The position numbers and the translations under genes were made by a program. 64,000 nucleotides of DNA from Patescibacteria group bacterium (GTDB lineage: Bacteria > Patescibacteriota > Microgenomatia > UBA10105 > UBA927): positions 5,615 to 69,614 of the forward strand of contig JBBTWM010000033.1 in NCBI GenBank assembly GCA_038062795.1. The letters are read 5' to 3'. Positions 47,514 to 57,315 of the stretch are shown piece by piece (within the stretch, counting starts at the first letter, position 1; each line of letters begins with the position of its first letter). The notes under the pieces are model-generated. The model was not told where the DNA came from, did no database searches, and saw nothing but the letters and a program-made list of their open reading frames with translations.

Positions 47514-48491
47514 ATGGATACGTTTTGGACTGGTAAAAAAGTATTGGTAACCGGTGGAACGGGTTTTATCGGTAGCCATGTGGTAGAAAAACTGGTTGAC
47601 AGAAAGGCAGTGGTAACCGTATTGGATCGAATGAGGAATGGTATTATAAAAAATATTAGCAATCTTAAAGATACGGCGAAATTCGTCCCGGGGGACTGTA
47701 CGGACCTGGAAACGTCAAGAAAAGTCGTTGCAGGTCAGGAGATCGTAATGAATCTTGCTGCCCACGTAGGAGGCATAGCCTACAACCAAGACCATCAGGC
47801 GTCATTGCTGAGGGATAATATGCTCATTGCATCGACTATGCTGGAGGCGGCCCGTCTTGAGCATACTGAAAGATTTCTGGTTGTTTCCTCCGCATGTGTC
47901 TATCCGCATGACGCAAAAATTCCCACAGCGGAAACCGAAGGATTTCGTGGGGAGCCTGAGCCGACAAACGGAGGGTATGGATGGGGCAAGCGCATGGCAG
48001 AAAAACTCGGTATGTACTATGCACATCAGTATGGGATGAAAATCGGAATTGTGCGCCCATACAACGCATACGGACCGCGCGATCACTTTGATCCGAAGAC
48101 GTCACATGTGATCCCCGCCCTTATTAAGCGTGTTTTCGATGGTGAAAATCCGGTAGTCGTATGGGGCAGCGGAAAGCAATCGCGGGCGTTTCTTTATGTC
48201 GAAGATCTGGCGGAGGGTATGATTGCAGCTATAGAAAAATATCCTGTTCCTGATCCGGTGAATTTGGGAACTGACGAAGAAATAACTGTTGCTGATCTTA
48301 TACAGTCGATTATCAAAATATCCGGTATGAATTCTTCCTATACGCTAGATACTACCAAGCCTGATGGCAGTCCGCGTCGAAACAGCGACAACACGAAAGC
48401 GAAAGAAAAAATTGGATTTATAGCTCCTACCCGATTACTCGAGGGTCTCAAGAAGACTGTTGACTGGTATAAAAACAATGAAGGTAAATAA
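47514..48491 (+). CDS. NAD(P)-dependent sugar epimerase/dehydratase (SDR, extended)
   Basis: VLVTGGTGFIGSH, YGWGK (YxxxK) and SSACVYP. The N-terminal FWTGKKVLVTG resembles the start of CDP-glucose 4,6-dehydratases, but the rest fits only a generic WcaG-like SDR. Confidence 0.6.
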   Translation: MDTFWTGKKVLVTGGTGFIGSHVVEKLVDRKAVVTVLDRMRNGIIKNISNLKDTAKFVPGDCTDLETSRKVVAGQEIVMNLAAHVGGIAYNQDHQASLLRDNMLIASTMLEAARLEHTERFLVVSSACVYPHDAKIPTAETEGFRGEPEPTNGGYGWGKRMAEKLGMYYAHQYGMKIGIVRPYNAYGPRDHFDPKTSHVIPALIKRVFDGENPVVVWGSGKQSRAFLYVEDLAEGMIAAIEKYPVPDPVNLGTDEEITVADLIQSIIKISGMNSSYTLDTTKPDGSPRRNSDNTKAKEKIGFIAPTRLLEGLKKTVDWYKNNEGK

Positions 48492-49650
48492 CCGCTATTC
48501 GGGCTCGCGAATTGTCATCGTTAGTCATATTTACACCACAGGCCCCTCACATATGTTGGAGTGTTACCTGCGAAATAAAGGTGCCGAGGTATTGTTTTTA
48601 GGACACCCATTTCATTTTGCACCGGAACCCCGTTCTCACTATCGCTGGTCCCAGAGCGGCAAGACCGGAGAAAATCATTATGTTAATTTATTTTTTCGAA
48701 ATGATGTTATAAACGTAATAAAAGACAGTCTACTGACGTTATGGTGTGTGATGAAGAGCGGAAAATTCGATGCATACGTCGGTATCGACGGAGTCAATGC
48801 TGTTATGGGTGTGCTGCTAAAAAAATTGGGAATTGTTCGGCGGGTAATTTATTACACTATCGATTTTGTCCCGAAGAGATTTTCATTTGCTCCTCTTAAT
48901 GCGCTTTATCTCTGGCTAGACCGCGTAGCTGTCTCTGGCAGCGACATTGTTTGGAATCTCTCAGGCAGGATGACACAGGAGCGGGAAAAATACGGATTGT
49001 CCAAAGCATATCGAAGTAAGCAGCATGTTGTGCCAATGGGAACCGAAGGGTTTCAGAAAAAGGGCAGCCGGGATACCTATCGGAAAAACAGCATCGCGCA
49101 CATGGGGCATCTCGTTCCTGTGCATGGCGTGTCGCTTCTCATTCAAGCGTTGCCTGAAATTGTGAAAAAAGTGCCGTCTGCACATCTCGAAATTCTTGGA
49201 GGCGGCCCTGAAGAGGACGATCTGAAACGTTTGGCGAGCCAGATGAATGTAGCTAGATACATAACTTTTCACGGATATATAAAAAGCCATGATGAATTGC
49301 TTACGATGTTATCCGAATGCGCAGTAGGTGTCGCTCCCTATGTTGACAGCGCTGATAGCTTCATCAGGAATTCGGATCCGGGCAAAGTAAAGGCTTATTT
49401 GGATGCCGGATTGCCTGTAATTGTTACCAAAGTTCCCGATGTTTGGCGGGAACTCGAGAAGTATAAGGCAGGTGTCGGTATTGAGTACGATATTCATGCT
49501 CTTTCTGATGCGGTGATATGGATTTTGTCCGATGAAAAAAGGCTATCAACATACAGGGAAGGAGCTAATGTTATGTCTCGTAAATACCGATGGGAAAATA
49601 TTTATACAAAGGCGCTGAGTTTTATTGACTTGGGCAGCAGGATGCCATAG
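48478..49650 (+). CDS. GT-B glycosyltransferase-like protein (GT4-related), paralog of 51491
   Basis: The C-terminal half shows a Rossmann-like pattern (HLEILGGGPEEDDLKRL). The distinctive N-terminal block YYTIDFVPKRFSFAPLNALYLWLDRVA is shared with the 51491 gene. Confidence 0.5.
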   Translation: MKVNNRYSGSRIVIVSHIYTTGPSHMLECYLRNKGAEVLFLGHPFHFAPEPRSHYRWSQSGKTGENHYVNLFFRNDVINVIKDSLLTLWCVMKSGKFDAYVGIDGVNAVMGVLLKKLGIVRRVIYYTIDFVPKRFSFAPLNALYLWLDRVAVSGSDIVWNLSGRMTQEREKYGLSKAYRSKQHVVPMGTEGFQKKGSRDTYRKNSIAHMGHLVPVHGVSLLIQALPEIVKKVPSAHLEILGGGPEEDDLKRLASQMNVARYITFHGYIKSHDELLTMLSECAVGVAPYVDSADSFIRNSDPGKVKAYLDAGLPVIVTKVPDVWRELEKYKAGVGIEYDIHALSDAVIWILSDEKRLSTYREGANVMSRKYRWENIYTKALSFIDLGSRMP

Positions 49651-49656
49651 TATAAT
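49625..49656 (+). promoter_or_regulatory. possible sigma70-like promoter (TTGACT - 20 nt - TATAAT) upstream of 49680 gene
   Basis: TTGACT at ~49625 and TATAAT at ~49651. Spacing is long at 20 nt, and the -35 lies in the 3' end of the upstream CDS. Confidence 0.25.
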
Positions 49657-49679
49657 CAATATCTTTTAATACGCTATAC

Positions 49680-50675
49680 ATGAAAAAAGCAAGCAAAAAT
49701 ATCAAGACTGCGTTAGTATGCGGAGCCGGAGGATTTATCGGCGGACACCTCGTGAAGCGCCTCAAGAAAGAAGGCTATTGGGTGAGGGGGGCAGATATCA
49801 AGCGGCATGAATACAGCAAAAGTCAGGCAGACGAGTTTTTGGTAGGGGACCTTCGTGATCAGAATTTTTGCAAAAAAGTGTTTAACCGTCCGCTTGATGA
49901 GGTCTACCAGCTTGCGGCAGATATGGGAGGAGCAGGGTATATTTTTACCGGCGATCATGATGCCGACGTGATGCACAATTCTGCACAAATAAATCTCAAC
50001 GTTTTGCATTTTGGGAGACTCGCAAAAATTAAAAAGATATTTTTTTCTTCCTCAGCATGTATTTATCCTGAACGGAACCAGATGGATGCCAGTAAGCCGA
50101 ATTGTGAGGAATCATCAGCCTACCCTGCGGCCCCCGACAGCGAGTACGGATGGGAAAAGATTTTCAGCGAACGGCTATATCAGGCGTTTCGGAGAAATTA
50201 CGATATGGAGGTGCATATTGCGCGTTTTCATAATATTTTTGGCCCTGAAGGAAGCTGGAATAACGGCAAAGAAAAGTCTCCTGCAGCCATCTGCCGCAAA
50301 GTAGCTCAGGCCCAAAACGGGGGCACTATAGAAATGTGGGGGGATGGCAAACAGACGCGTTCTTACCTTTACATAGATGAGTGTCTTGAGGGTGTCCGGA
50401 GACTGATGAATAGCAAATTTTCCGGACCGGTCAACATAGGGTCGGAAGAGATGGTAAGTATCAATAAGCTCGCCGAAATGGCAATGCAGATAGCAGGAAA
50501 AAAACTGAATATTAAGCATATCAAAGGACCCTTGGGAGTACGCGGAAGATCCTCAGATAATAGATTAATCAGAAAACAGTTAGATTGGGAACCGACGAGC
50601 AAGTTGTTAGACGGCCTCACCAAAACGTATACATGGATAGACGAACAGGTCAAACATCATCGCAAGGACAAATAA
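49680..50675 (+). CDS. GDP-mannose 3,5-epimerase (GME) homolog
   Basis: Long collinear motif matches to plant GME: AADMGGAGYI, SSACIYPE, HNIFGPEGSWNNGKEKSPAAICRK, EMWGDGKQTRSYLYIDECLEGVRRL, PVNIGSEEMVSINKLAEM and GVRGRSSDNRLIRKQLDW. Confidence 0.7.
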   Translation: MKKASKNIKTALVCGAGGFIGGHLVKRLKKEGYWVRGADIKRHEYSKSQADEFLVGDLRDQNFCKKVFNRPLDEVYQLAADMGGAGYIFTGDHDADVMHNSAQINLNVLHFGRLAKIKKIFFSSSACIYPERNQMDASKPNCEESSAYPAAPDSEYGWEKIFSERLYQAFRRNYDMEVHIARFHNIFGPEGSWNNGKEKSPAAICRKVAQAQNGGTIEMWGDGKQTRSYLYIDECLEGVRRLMNSKFSGPVNIGSEEMVSINKLAEMAMQIAGKKLNIKHIKGPLGVRGRSSDNRLIRKQLDWEPTSKLLDGLTKTYTWIDEQVKHHRKDK

Positions 50676-50682
50676 TACAACT

Positions 50683-51504
50683 ATGCAGACAAACTTAGTT
50701 ATCGGTTCCGAGGGATTTATCGGCACGCCCTTTTGCCGTTTCCTCGAAGGAAAAGGAGAAAAAGTTATCCGTTTTGATATCAGACGGGACAAAGAAGAAG
50801 ATGCCCGATTTGTAAAGCTTCCGTTTTCGAACGTCGATAAAGTATATTTTCTCGCATGGGACGTAGGCGGGAGCAAATACCTCTACGAGCCCAAACTTCA
50901 AAAAAACCAGCTTGATTGGAATCTTTCGCTCATGAAAAACGTATTTGACCAGCTGGAGAAAGCCAAAAAACCGTTCGTTTTTATTTCGAGCCAGTTATCT
51001 GAAGAAGTCGATACGGTATATGGGGTAACGAAACGGTTGGGTGAGGTGTGGACCGATCTTTTAGGAGGCAAATGCGTACGTGTATGGAATGCCTATGGAT
51101 ATATGGAGGGGCAGGATGTGAAGAGTCACGTGATTTCTGACTTTATCTATCAGGCGCTCAAAACTAAAAAAATTACGATGATGACCAATGGCACTGAATG
51201 GCGTCAGTTTACCCATATTACCGATTTATCCAATGCTTTTTATATGGCACTCAATTCCAATGGACTACGGAAAATCGTATATGACGCGAGCAGTTACGAA
51301 TGGGTCCAGATTATTGACATGGCCAACATGATTGCCGAGTTTACCGGAGCCACAGTTGTCCCGGGCACCAAAATCGGTCATGACCCAATTGCCTCGCCAA
51401 ACAGAGGACGAATTCCCGGATGGTTGCCGACTATCGAGCTTCGGGACGGGATCCACGCGATGGTTGAAGAGGCTAAGCTCCGGATAAAGAATGAAAAACG
51501 CTAA
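50683..51504 (+). CDS. NAD(P)-dependent epimerase/reductase (short SDR)
   Basis: LVIGSEGFIGTPF...YGVTKRLGE. It is 273 aa, the size class of 4-ketoreductases and dTDP-rhamnose-reductase-like enzymes. Confidence 0.5.
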   Translation: MQTNLVIGSEGFIGTPFCRFLEGKGEKVIRFDIRRDKEEDARFVKLPFSNVDKVYFLAWDVGGSKYLYEPKLQKNQLDWNLSLMKNVFDQLEKAKKPFVFISSQLSEEVDTVYGVTKRLGEVWTDLLGGKCVRVWNAYGYMEGQDVKSHVISDFIYQALKTKKITMMTNGTEWRQFTHITDLSNAFYMALNSNGLRKIVYDASSYEWVQIIDMANMIAEFTGATVVPGTKIGHDPIASPNRGRIPGWLPTIELRDGIHAMVEEAKLRIKNEKR

Positions 51505-52726
51505 CCTCGGCTTCAACAAAGACACTTCCGTTTTGTTTGCAACTTTCTCACTATGGGCAAACGGGAAACGCATGCCAACAAACGGTAGTGTGGAACCGCT
51601 TCGGGATTTTTTAGTTCCCAAAATAAAGAAATTAGTCCTGATTGACCAGTTGGTTCCCGGTGGAGAAGATGTTGCCTATAAAATTGAGGTATACACCAAC
51701 GGAAACATGAAGTGTGATACGCCCGATCCGTCATGGTGGTATGCCTGGTTTCGCCCCTGGCTTACATGGACAAACCGTAACGGAACGCAAATATCATTTA
51801 AAATCCGCGATTTTCTTTCTGTTGTCGATTGGCCCTTCCGTACGAACACTACCTATGATTACCTTATCGGTTTGGAAAGTATAAACGCGCTTGCCGGTAT
51901 CCTGCTTCGTCACTTCGGAAAAGTACGAAAAGTGGTATATTACGTTTCCGACTATTCTCCTGCAAGGTATCCCAATAAGCTGTTTAATGCCTTATATTTG
52001 GCACTTGATCGCTATTGTGCGAGGCATGCGGATTACATTTGGGATGTGTCCGATGCAATGCAGAAAGCGCGTATTGCGGCAGGGCTAGATCCTCAAACAT
52101 CAGCACCGGTTATCCATGTTGCAAATGGGTTATTTCCCGATCAGATAATCCCTGGTCATCCGAAGCAAAATAATATCCACGCATTGGCATACATGGGGAC
52201 GGTTGGACCCGAAAATGGGCCAGATGTGGCTATAGAAGCGCTGGCTATTGTACGAAAAAAATATTCAGACGCGGTGTTGCACATGATCGGGGGTAAACCT
52301 TCTGATTTTGCATGGCTTCTTCCGATAATTAAAAAGTTAGACTTGGAGCGCGTAGTGATTCACCATGGGTTTGTACCTAAGGCGGCGGATATGGCAAAAA
52401 TTATGAATGCATGTTCGATAGGCCTTGCACCATACAGAGCTATATCTGGTTCGCCCAGATACTACGGTGACGCAGGGAAAATACGTGCGTATGCAGGGGC
52501 TGGGTTGCCAATTATATGTTCTTCTGTCCCACCGTTGGGAAAGGAAGCTGCCGAACAGGGAGCGGCTATCGTTACCAACGACGATGCCCAGAGCATCGCA
52601 AAAATGGTAATGCAACTATTTTCTGATTCAGAATACTATACATCCTTACAGGAAAATGCGCGAAAGTTTGCAAAAAATAATACCTGGGAAAATCAATTTA
52701 TGTCAGCATTCACACGCATGAAATAG
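51491..52726 (+). CDS. GT-B glycosyltransferase-like protein (GT4-related), paralog of 48478
   Basis: YYVSDYSPARYPNKLFNALYLALDRYCARHADYIW aligns with the 48478 protein. The C-terminal domain is Rossmann-like. Confidence 0.5.
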   Translation: MKNANLGFNKDTSVLFATFSLWANGKRMPTNGSVEPLRDFLVPKIKKLVLIDQLVPGGEDVAYKIEVYTNGNMKCDTPDPSWWYAWFRPWLTWTNRNGTQISFKIRDFLSVVDWPFRTNTTYDYLIGLESINALAGILLRHFGKVRKVVYYVSDYSPARYPNKLFNALYLALDRYCARHADYIWDVSDAMQKARIAAGLDPQTSAPVIHVANGLFPDQIIPGHPKQNNIHALAYMGTVGPENGPDVAIEALAIVRKKYSDAVLHMIGGKPSDFAWLLPIIKKLDLERVVIHHGFVPKAADMAKIMNACSIGLAPYRAISGSPRYYGDAGKIRAYAGAGLPIICSSVPPLGKEAAEQGAAIVTNDDAQSIAKMVMQLFSDSEYYTSLQENARKFAKNNTWENQFMSAFTRMK

Positions 52727-52794
52727 GCATAGAGTATCTGCATAAGCGCAATCTTGCGTTTACGGTGAATACCCTATAAGATAAATCGTTATAC

Positions 52795-53424
52795 ATGATG
52801 AAATCATTGTTGCCCTATTTTTATAATCTTACATATTTCAAAGTATTGGAATGGAATTTACGGGACTGCCGTAATGTTTTAGATGTTGGTTGCGGAAGCG
52901 ATTCACCGATAGGACATATCCCACATACATTTATTTCCGAAGGAATTGACGCATACAAAAAATCAATCGATAAAAGTAAAAAGAAGAAATTGCATGATCA
53001 TTACCGGATAGGCAATATAATGAAGCTAAATTCATTTTATAAAAGGAAAAGTTTCGATGCGGTTGTTTGTCTGGATGTTATTGAACATCTTAAGCCTAAA
53101 GATACTGTGAAACTGATTCATCTCATGGAGAGTATTGCGATAAAAAAAGTAATCCTTCTTACCCCAAACGGTTTTTATCATCAACATGCACTTGAAGGAA
53201 ATATATATCAGGTGCATCAATCAGGTTGGAAAGCTGGTGATCTAGCAGATTTAGGATATAAAGTTTTCGGTTTGCGGGGATTGCAATTGTTGCGTGATGA
53301 TCACGCGTCAATAAAGTATCGCCCATGGATTTTTTGGGGATTTTGCTCATTTATTTCGGAAATTATTTTTTACCCATTCCCCGGCTTCTGTTTTGATTTA
53401 TTTGCGGTGAAAAACATGCGTTAA
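52795..53424 (+). CDS. class I SAM-dependent methyltransferase
   Basis: VLDVGCGSDSP...VVCLDVIEHL. Confidence 0.65.
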   Translation: MMKSLLPYFYNLTYFKVLEWNLRDCRNVLDVGCGSDSPIGHIPHTFISEGIDAYKKSIDKSKKKKLHDHYRIGNIMKLNSFYKRKSFDAVVCLDVIEHLKPKDTVKLIHLMESIAIKKVILLTPNGFYHQHALEGNIYQVHQSGWKAGDLADLGYKVFGLRGLQLLRDDHASIKYRPWIFWGFCSFISEIIFYPFPGFCFDLFAVKNMR

Positions 53425-53425
53425 T

Positions 53426-56400
53426 ATGATGCGATTGCAGTCATTTCGAAAAATAATATTTGACATAGTTGTTATTGCGTTTATTTCGCTTATTCCGCTA
53501 TTTTGGTTTCCGAATGGGTACATTGTAACTGGTCATGATGCAGGATATCCCATAAACATCCAGGAAACATTTCGCAATAGACTATTTACTTGGAACAGCC
53601 AGCAAAATTTTGGAATTGACAATACCCCCAATGTCGGTGCTGTTCCAATTCATGCCATTGAGGCAGTGTTTTATGTCATGGGAGCGTCACCTGCCCAAGC
53701 ACAGCAATTTTCTTTTATGTTTTGGCTTTTTCTCATGATGGCTTCGATGTATACGCTAGCTTATTCGTTTCAACGGGACATTCCATATCGATTTTTTCCT
53801 CTTATCGCTTCTGTATTGTATGTTGTAAATTTTTTTCTCCTTGCACTGTGGCGCTATGGTGCTGCGACAACATTTTCCGCCTACTGCGCCCTCCCGATAA
53901 TACTCGCTCTCGTTATTGCTGCGCTTCAAAATAGAATTCCGGTACTAAAAGCCGGTATAGCTATTTCATTTGCTGCCATGGTCTTTAACGGTGGAGGAGG
54001 GTTGAGTCTCCCGCTGTTCGGAGCATTACTTATCAGTGTTCTGAGTGCCATAGTGTATTTTGCCGCCTTAGAGGGGAAAAACGGGTGGAAAGTCATAGTT
54101 TGGAAAACCATGTATCTTGGTCTCTGTATCATAATACTGTCGGCGATACTTAACGCCTACTGGCTATTCCCGTTCATTCATTACGCAACATCCAACTTTG
54201 CCCGCGGTCTCGAAGCAAACGGCGGAGCAGCGGGGGTTTTGGCATGGACAGATTCCGTGAGCAAATACACGAGTTTGATAAACCTATTCCGTTTACAGGG
54301 AATTCCTGAGTGGTACGATAACGCAGTTCACCCGTTTTCCAATGCGTATTTAACAAACCCGCTGTTAATCGGCGCCAGCTTTCTCTTTGCCCCTCTTGCC
54401 TACGCGTCGTTGTTATTCGCAAATGAAATCCGCCAAAAACAACTGATACTTTATTTTGTGCTGTTGTCCCTGATTGCCGCATTTTTTTCTGCAGGTACGC
54501 ATGCTCCCACGGGATGGTTATTTGCACAATTTATGCTTCATGTGCCCGGATTTGTCATTTTCCGCTCAGCACAATATAAATTTGTGCCTGCACTCTATTT
54601 ATCGTTTGCGATTCTTATTTCTTTTTCCCTAAATTATCTTATTTATAAAACCCCAGTATGGGAAAAATTTAAAGCAATATCTCCTCGATTATTACGCACA
54701 TCTGCGGTTTTTATATGCATCCTTGTTGTACTTGGGTACCATTGGCCGTATTTTCGGACGGAATTTTTTCAATACAGTCCTCCCTTAACGACGCTTTTAA
54801 AAGTTCCTGACTACGTACTTGCATATGACGAGTGGATCGACGATCACTTGGACGACGATAAGAGAACATTAATTTTGCCCCTTTACAATTCTTCATGGAA
54901 AGCGGCAGTATATTCGTGGAAATATTTCAGTTTGTACAGCCTGTTTAATATTATCCGACCGAAACCGTTTCTGGAGCATTCGCAAATGCTTAGCGGAAGC
55001 CAGCTTGCTTTGATGGAACGCTTTTCTCATGAGATTCTTCATCAAGGCCCCCTGGCGCGACAGTTTGCTGAGTTCTTGGGTGTCCGTTACATATTATTGA
55101 CCGGCGATGTAGATTTTTCCCTCAGAGGAATGCTTACGGAGAATCCTGCTGATTATAAAAAAGCGCTATCAAACTATCCCGTGTTGTGGACGAATGGACC
55201 ATGGCAACTCTATGAGGCCCCGAGTGTTACGGACACAAAGCCGTTATATTATATAAAATCGCTGACGCAGTACATAGGTAGAGAGCCAGACATTACCGGT
55301 GTTGTGATAAACGGGGCAAATAATTTTTTTCATCAGTATGACAAATCACATCCGATGGCGGTTGCCATAAGCCGCGATATTCCTATATCAAATACGATCG
55401 AAGCATTGCTGTGCGATTCATGCGTTATGGAAACGGCTGTAAATAAAATTGAAGTGCCCCACAGCCTTATATTGCCTGGATCAATTTTTTATACGCTCAA
55501 GCAATGGAAAGAAAAACCGCTGGAGCATGAGAGCCTGCCAGAGTCCCAATTGATTATAAACAAGCTGGGCTTGTCCCTTAAGCGCGTGTCGGATATTGCT
55601 TCATTAGTCCAACTGAATAAAAGCGAACGCAGCATCATGGTAACAGCCGACACGTTGATGGCATATTGGAAATATATAGAAGAAAAAGTAACGACCGGCG
55701 AAAATTCAGAGCCCGATTATTCGCTTCTGCACAGAATCGAAGGGTATGTTTTATCGGAAAAAGAAGTCCTGTTGAAGGCATATGGCGAATCAAAAAGCGG
55801 CGGTGTCCGTCAGCGTCTTATTTCGGTCATTAACAAACTTACGCAAATTGAAGTTGCAATTGTCGGTGTCCGGAACAAAACGTCTATTCTGAAGCAGTAC
55901 CGCGTGTCGCAAGTCGCTCAAAATGCTGAGTTTTTTCTGGATGCCGATTCACTTTCGAAAGATGTAAATCAATCGTATATATATCCGATGGCAATGGAGT
56001 TCAATGGTAAATCATTAGGGATTACCCCTGTGGCAGAGAATGAGCGCGTGTCGTTGGGCACGTTTGATTTGCGCGGAGTTGATCGGATAACCCTTCGTTT
56101 CCCCCAGCCTGCGAATGTATTGATAAATCGCCGCGTAGAGTCTGTCGTCGCATTCGGTACAACAAATTTCTGTATTGTCGGGGAGGCGGGAAATTTCAAT
56201 AGGAATAAAAGTTATAGAATACATATGCCTGATCCCTCCGGAACTCCTGAAGGAGCTGCGATCCATGTTGTTAGAAAAAAGAACTCTGTAACAAAGGATG
56301 AGGGAACATCGATAAATTATTTTACCAATCCTGACGTCACGTTTTCTATAAACCGGACGGCAACCGTACCGCAAAATTATTATTTTTCCGGAATAGACGG

Positions 56401-56947
56401 GGACATCGGGGTGACAGTATATTACTGTGCCTCAACGCAGATGACACAAGCGGGCGAGAGAGAGGACATATCTCTCGAGGAGATAGCTGCGCCAAGCCTT
56501 TTTATCAGCGCCCATGAACAATATGCATCAAACGCGCGAGTGGAAAATGCATCGTATACTCGCGTAGATCAAACCAAATACTATGTAGAATCGAATCAGG
56601 AGGCATGGCCTACGATATTGGTATTTAATCAGAACTACGACCGGAAGTGGAAGCTCTACGACATACAGGGTGATAACGGCCTCAATTCCTACCTGCCGGC
56701 GATTATGGAAACATGGTTTCAAAAGCCAATTGTGGAAAGCGATCATTTTGCAGTGAACGGGTACGCAAATGCCTGGTTATTGCGCAGCGAACCGTCAGGA
56801 AGGCTCGTGCTTGAATATTATCCGCAGCAGCTTCTCTACAAGGGCATCGTGGTAACAATAGCCAGTTTCGTTATACTTATAAGTGTGTATATGACAAATG
56901 GGAAGCGCGACAAACGGGAATCATTAACACAAATAGGAGCAGTATGA
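53426..56947 (+). CDS. very large (1173 aa) membrane protein: N-terminal polytopic GT-C-like domain plus ~700-aa extracytoplasmic domain
   Basis: The first ~480 aa are multi-TM with a TGHDAGYPIN loop motif. The remainder is hydrophilic with one C-terminal TM segment (VVTIASFVILISVYM). Confidence 0.45.
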   Translation: MMRLQSFRKIIFDIVVIAFISLIPLFWFPNGYIVTGHDAGYPINIQETFRNRLFTWNSQQNFGIDNTPNVGAVPIHAIEAVFYVMGASPAQAQQFSFMFWLFLMMASMYTLAYSFQRDIPYRFFPLIASVLYVVNFFLLALWRYGAATTFSAYCALPIILALVIAALQNRIPVLKAGIAISFAAMVFNGGGGLSLPLFGALLISVLSAIVYFAALEGKNGWKVIVWKTMYLGLCIIILSAILNAYWLFPFIHYATSNFARGLEANGGAAGVLAWTDSVSKYTSLINLFRLQGIPEWYDNAVHPFSNAYLTNPLLIGASFLFAPLAYASLLFANEIRQKQLILYFVLLSLIAAFFSAGTHAPTGWLFAQFMLHVPGFVIFRSAQYKFVPALYLSFAILISFSLNYLIYKTPVWEKFKAISPRLLRTSAVFICILVVLGYHWPYFRTEFFQYSPPLTTLLKVPDYVLAYDEWIDDHLDDDKRTLILPLYNSSWKAAVYSWKYFSLYSLFNIIRPKPFLEHSQMLSGSQLALMERFSHEILHQGPLARQFAEFLGVRYILLTGDVDFSLRGMLTENPADYKKALSNYPVLWTNGPWQLYEAPSVTDTKPLYYIKSLTQYIGREPDITGVVINGANNFFHQYDKSHPMAVAISRDIPISNTIEALLCDSCVMETAVNKIEVPHSLILPGSIFYTLKQWKEKPLEHESLPESQLIINKLGLSLKRVSDIASLVQLNKSERSIMVTADTLMAYWKYIEEKVTTGENSEPDYSLLHRIEGYVLSEKEVLLKAYGESKSGGVRQRLISVINKLTQIEVAIVGVRNKTSILKQYRVSQVAQNAEFFLDADSLSKDVNQSYIYPMAMEFNGKSLGITPVAENERVSLGTFDLRGVDRITLRFPQPANVLINRRVESVVAFGTTNFCIVGEAGNFNRNKSYRIHMPDPSGTPEGAAIHVVRKKNSVTKDEGTSINYFTNPDVTFSINRTATVPQNYYFSGIDGDIGVTVYYCASTQMTQAGEREDISLEEIAAPSLFISAHEQYASNARVENASYTRVDQTKYYVESNQEAWPTILVFNQNYDRKWKLYDIQGDNGLNSYLPAIMETWFQKPIVESDHFAVNGYANAWLLRSEPSGRLVLEYYPQQLLYKGIVVTIASFVILISVYMTNGKRDKRESLTQIGAV

Positions 56948-57315
56948 TGGAACGTCTAAGACCGATACAACACGCGTTTGAACAAAAAATTCTCGCATAC
57001 GGGCAGGCTCATGTGTTTGAGCTGGAAATATTTGCGGTAGCTATACTTGCTGTGGCCCTAATTGGGAAAATTCCGTATCTCAACATAGTTATTACAAAGC
57101 AAATTTCTTTGCTGCTGCTTATTGTTTTTGGGGCATATTTATTTCAGATAAAAAAACAGGTGTTATTAACCTTTTCATTGTTATTATTTGCGTGCGCACT
57201 TGTGTTGTCTCTTGCAGGAAAAATGGACTCAGCTGAATCTATAGGCACTATCATATATGCATTACTATGGTTTGTGGCAATGCTTTATGTTAAGGATATA
57301 TGGCGGCAAATATGA
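56944..57315 (+). CDS. small membrane protein (3-4 TM), hypothetical
   Basis: 123 aa, hydrophobic, with ATGA overlap to the upstream gene. Confidence 0.35.
   Translation: MMERLRPIQHAFEQKILAYGQAHVFELEIFAVAILAVALIGKIPYLNIVITKQISLLLLIVFGAYLFQIKKQVLLTFSLLLFACALVLSLAGKMDSAESIGTIIYALLWFVAMLYVKDIWRQI

Noticed and set aside
52740-52775. Possible terminator hairpin (GCGCAATCTTGCG) after the 51491 gene
   Set aside because: The stem is only ~5 bp with a 2-nt loop and no convincing U-tract. Too weak to call.
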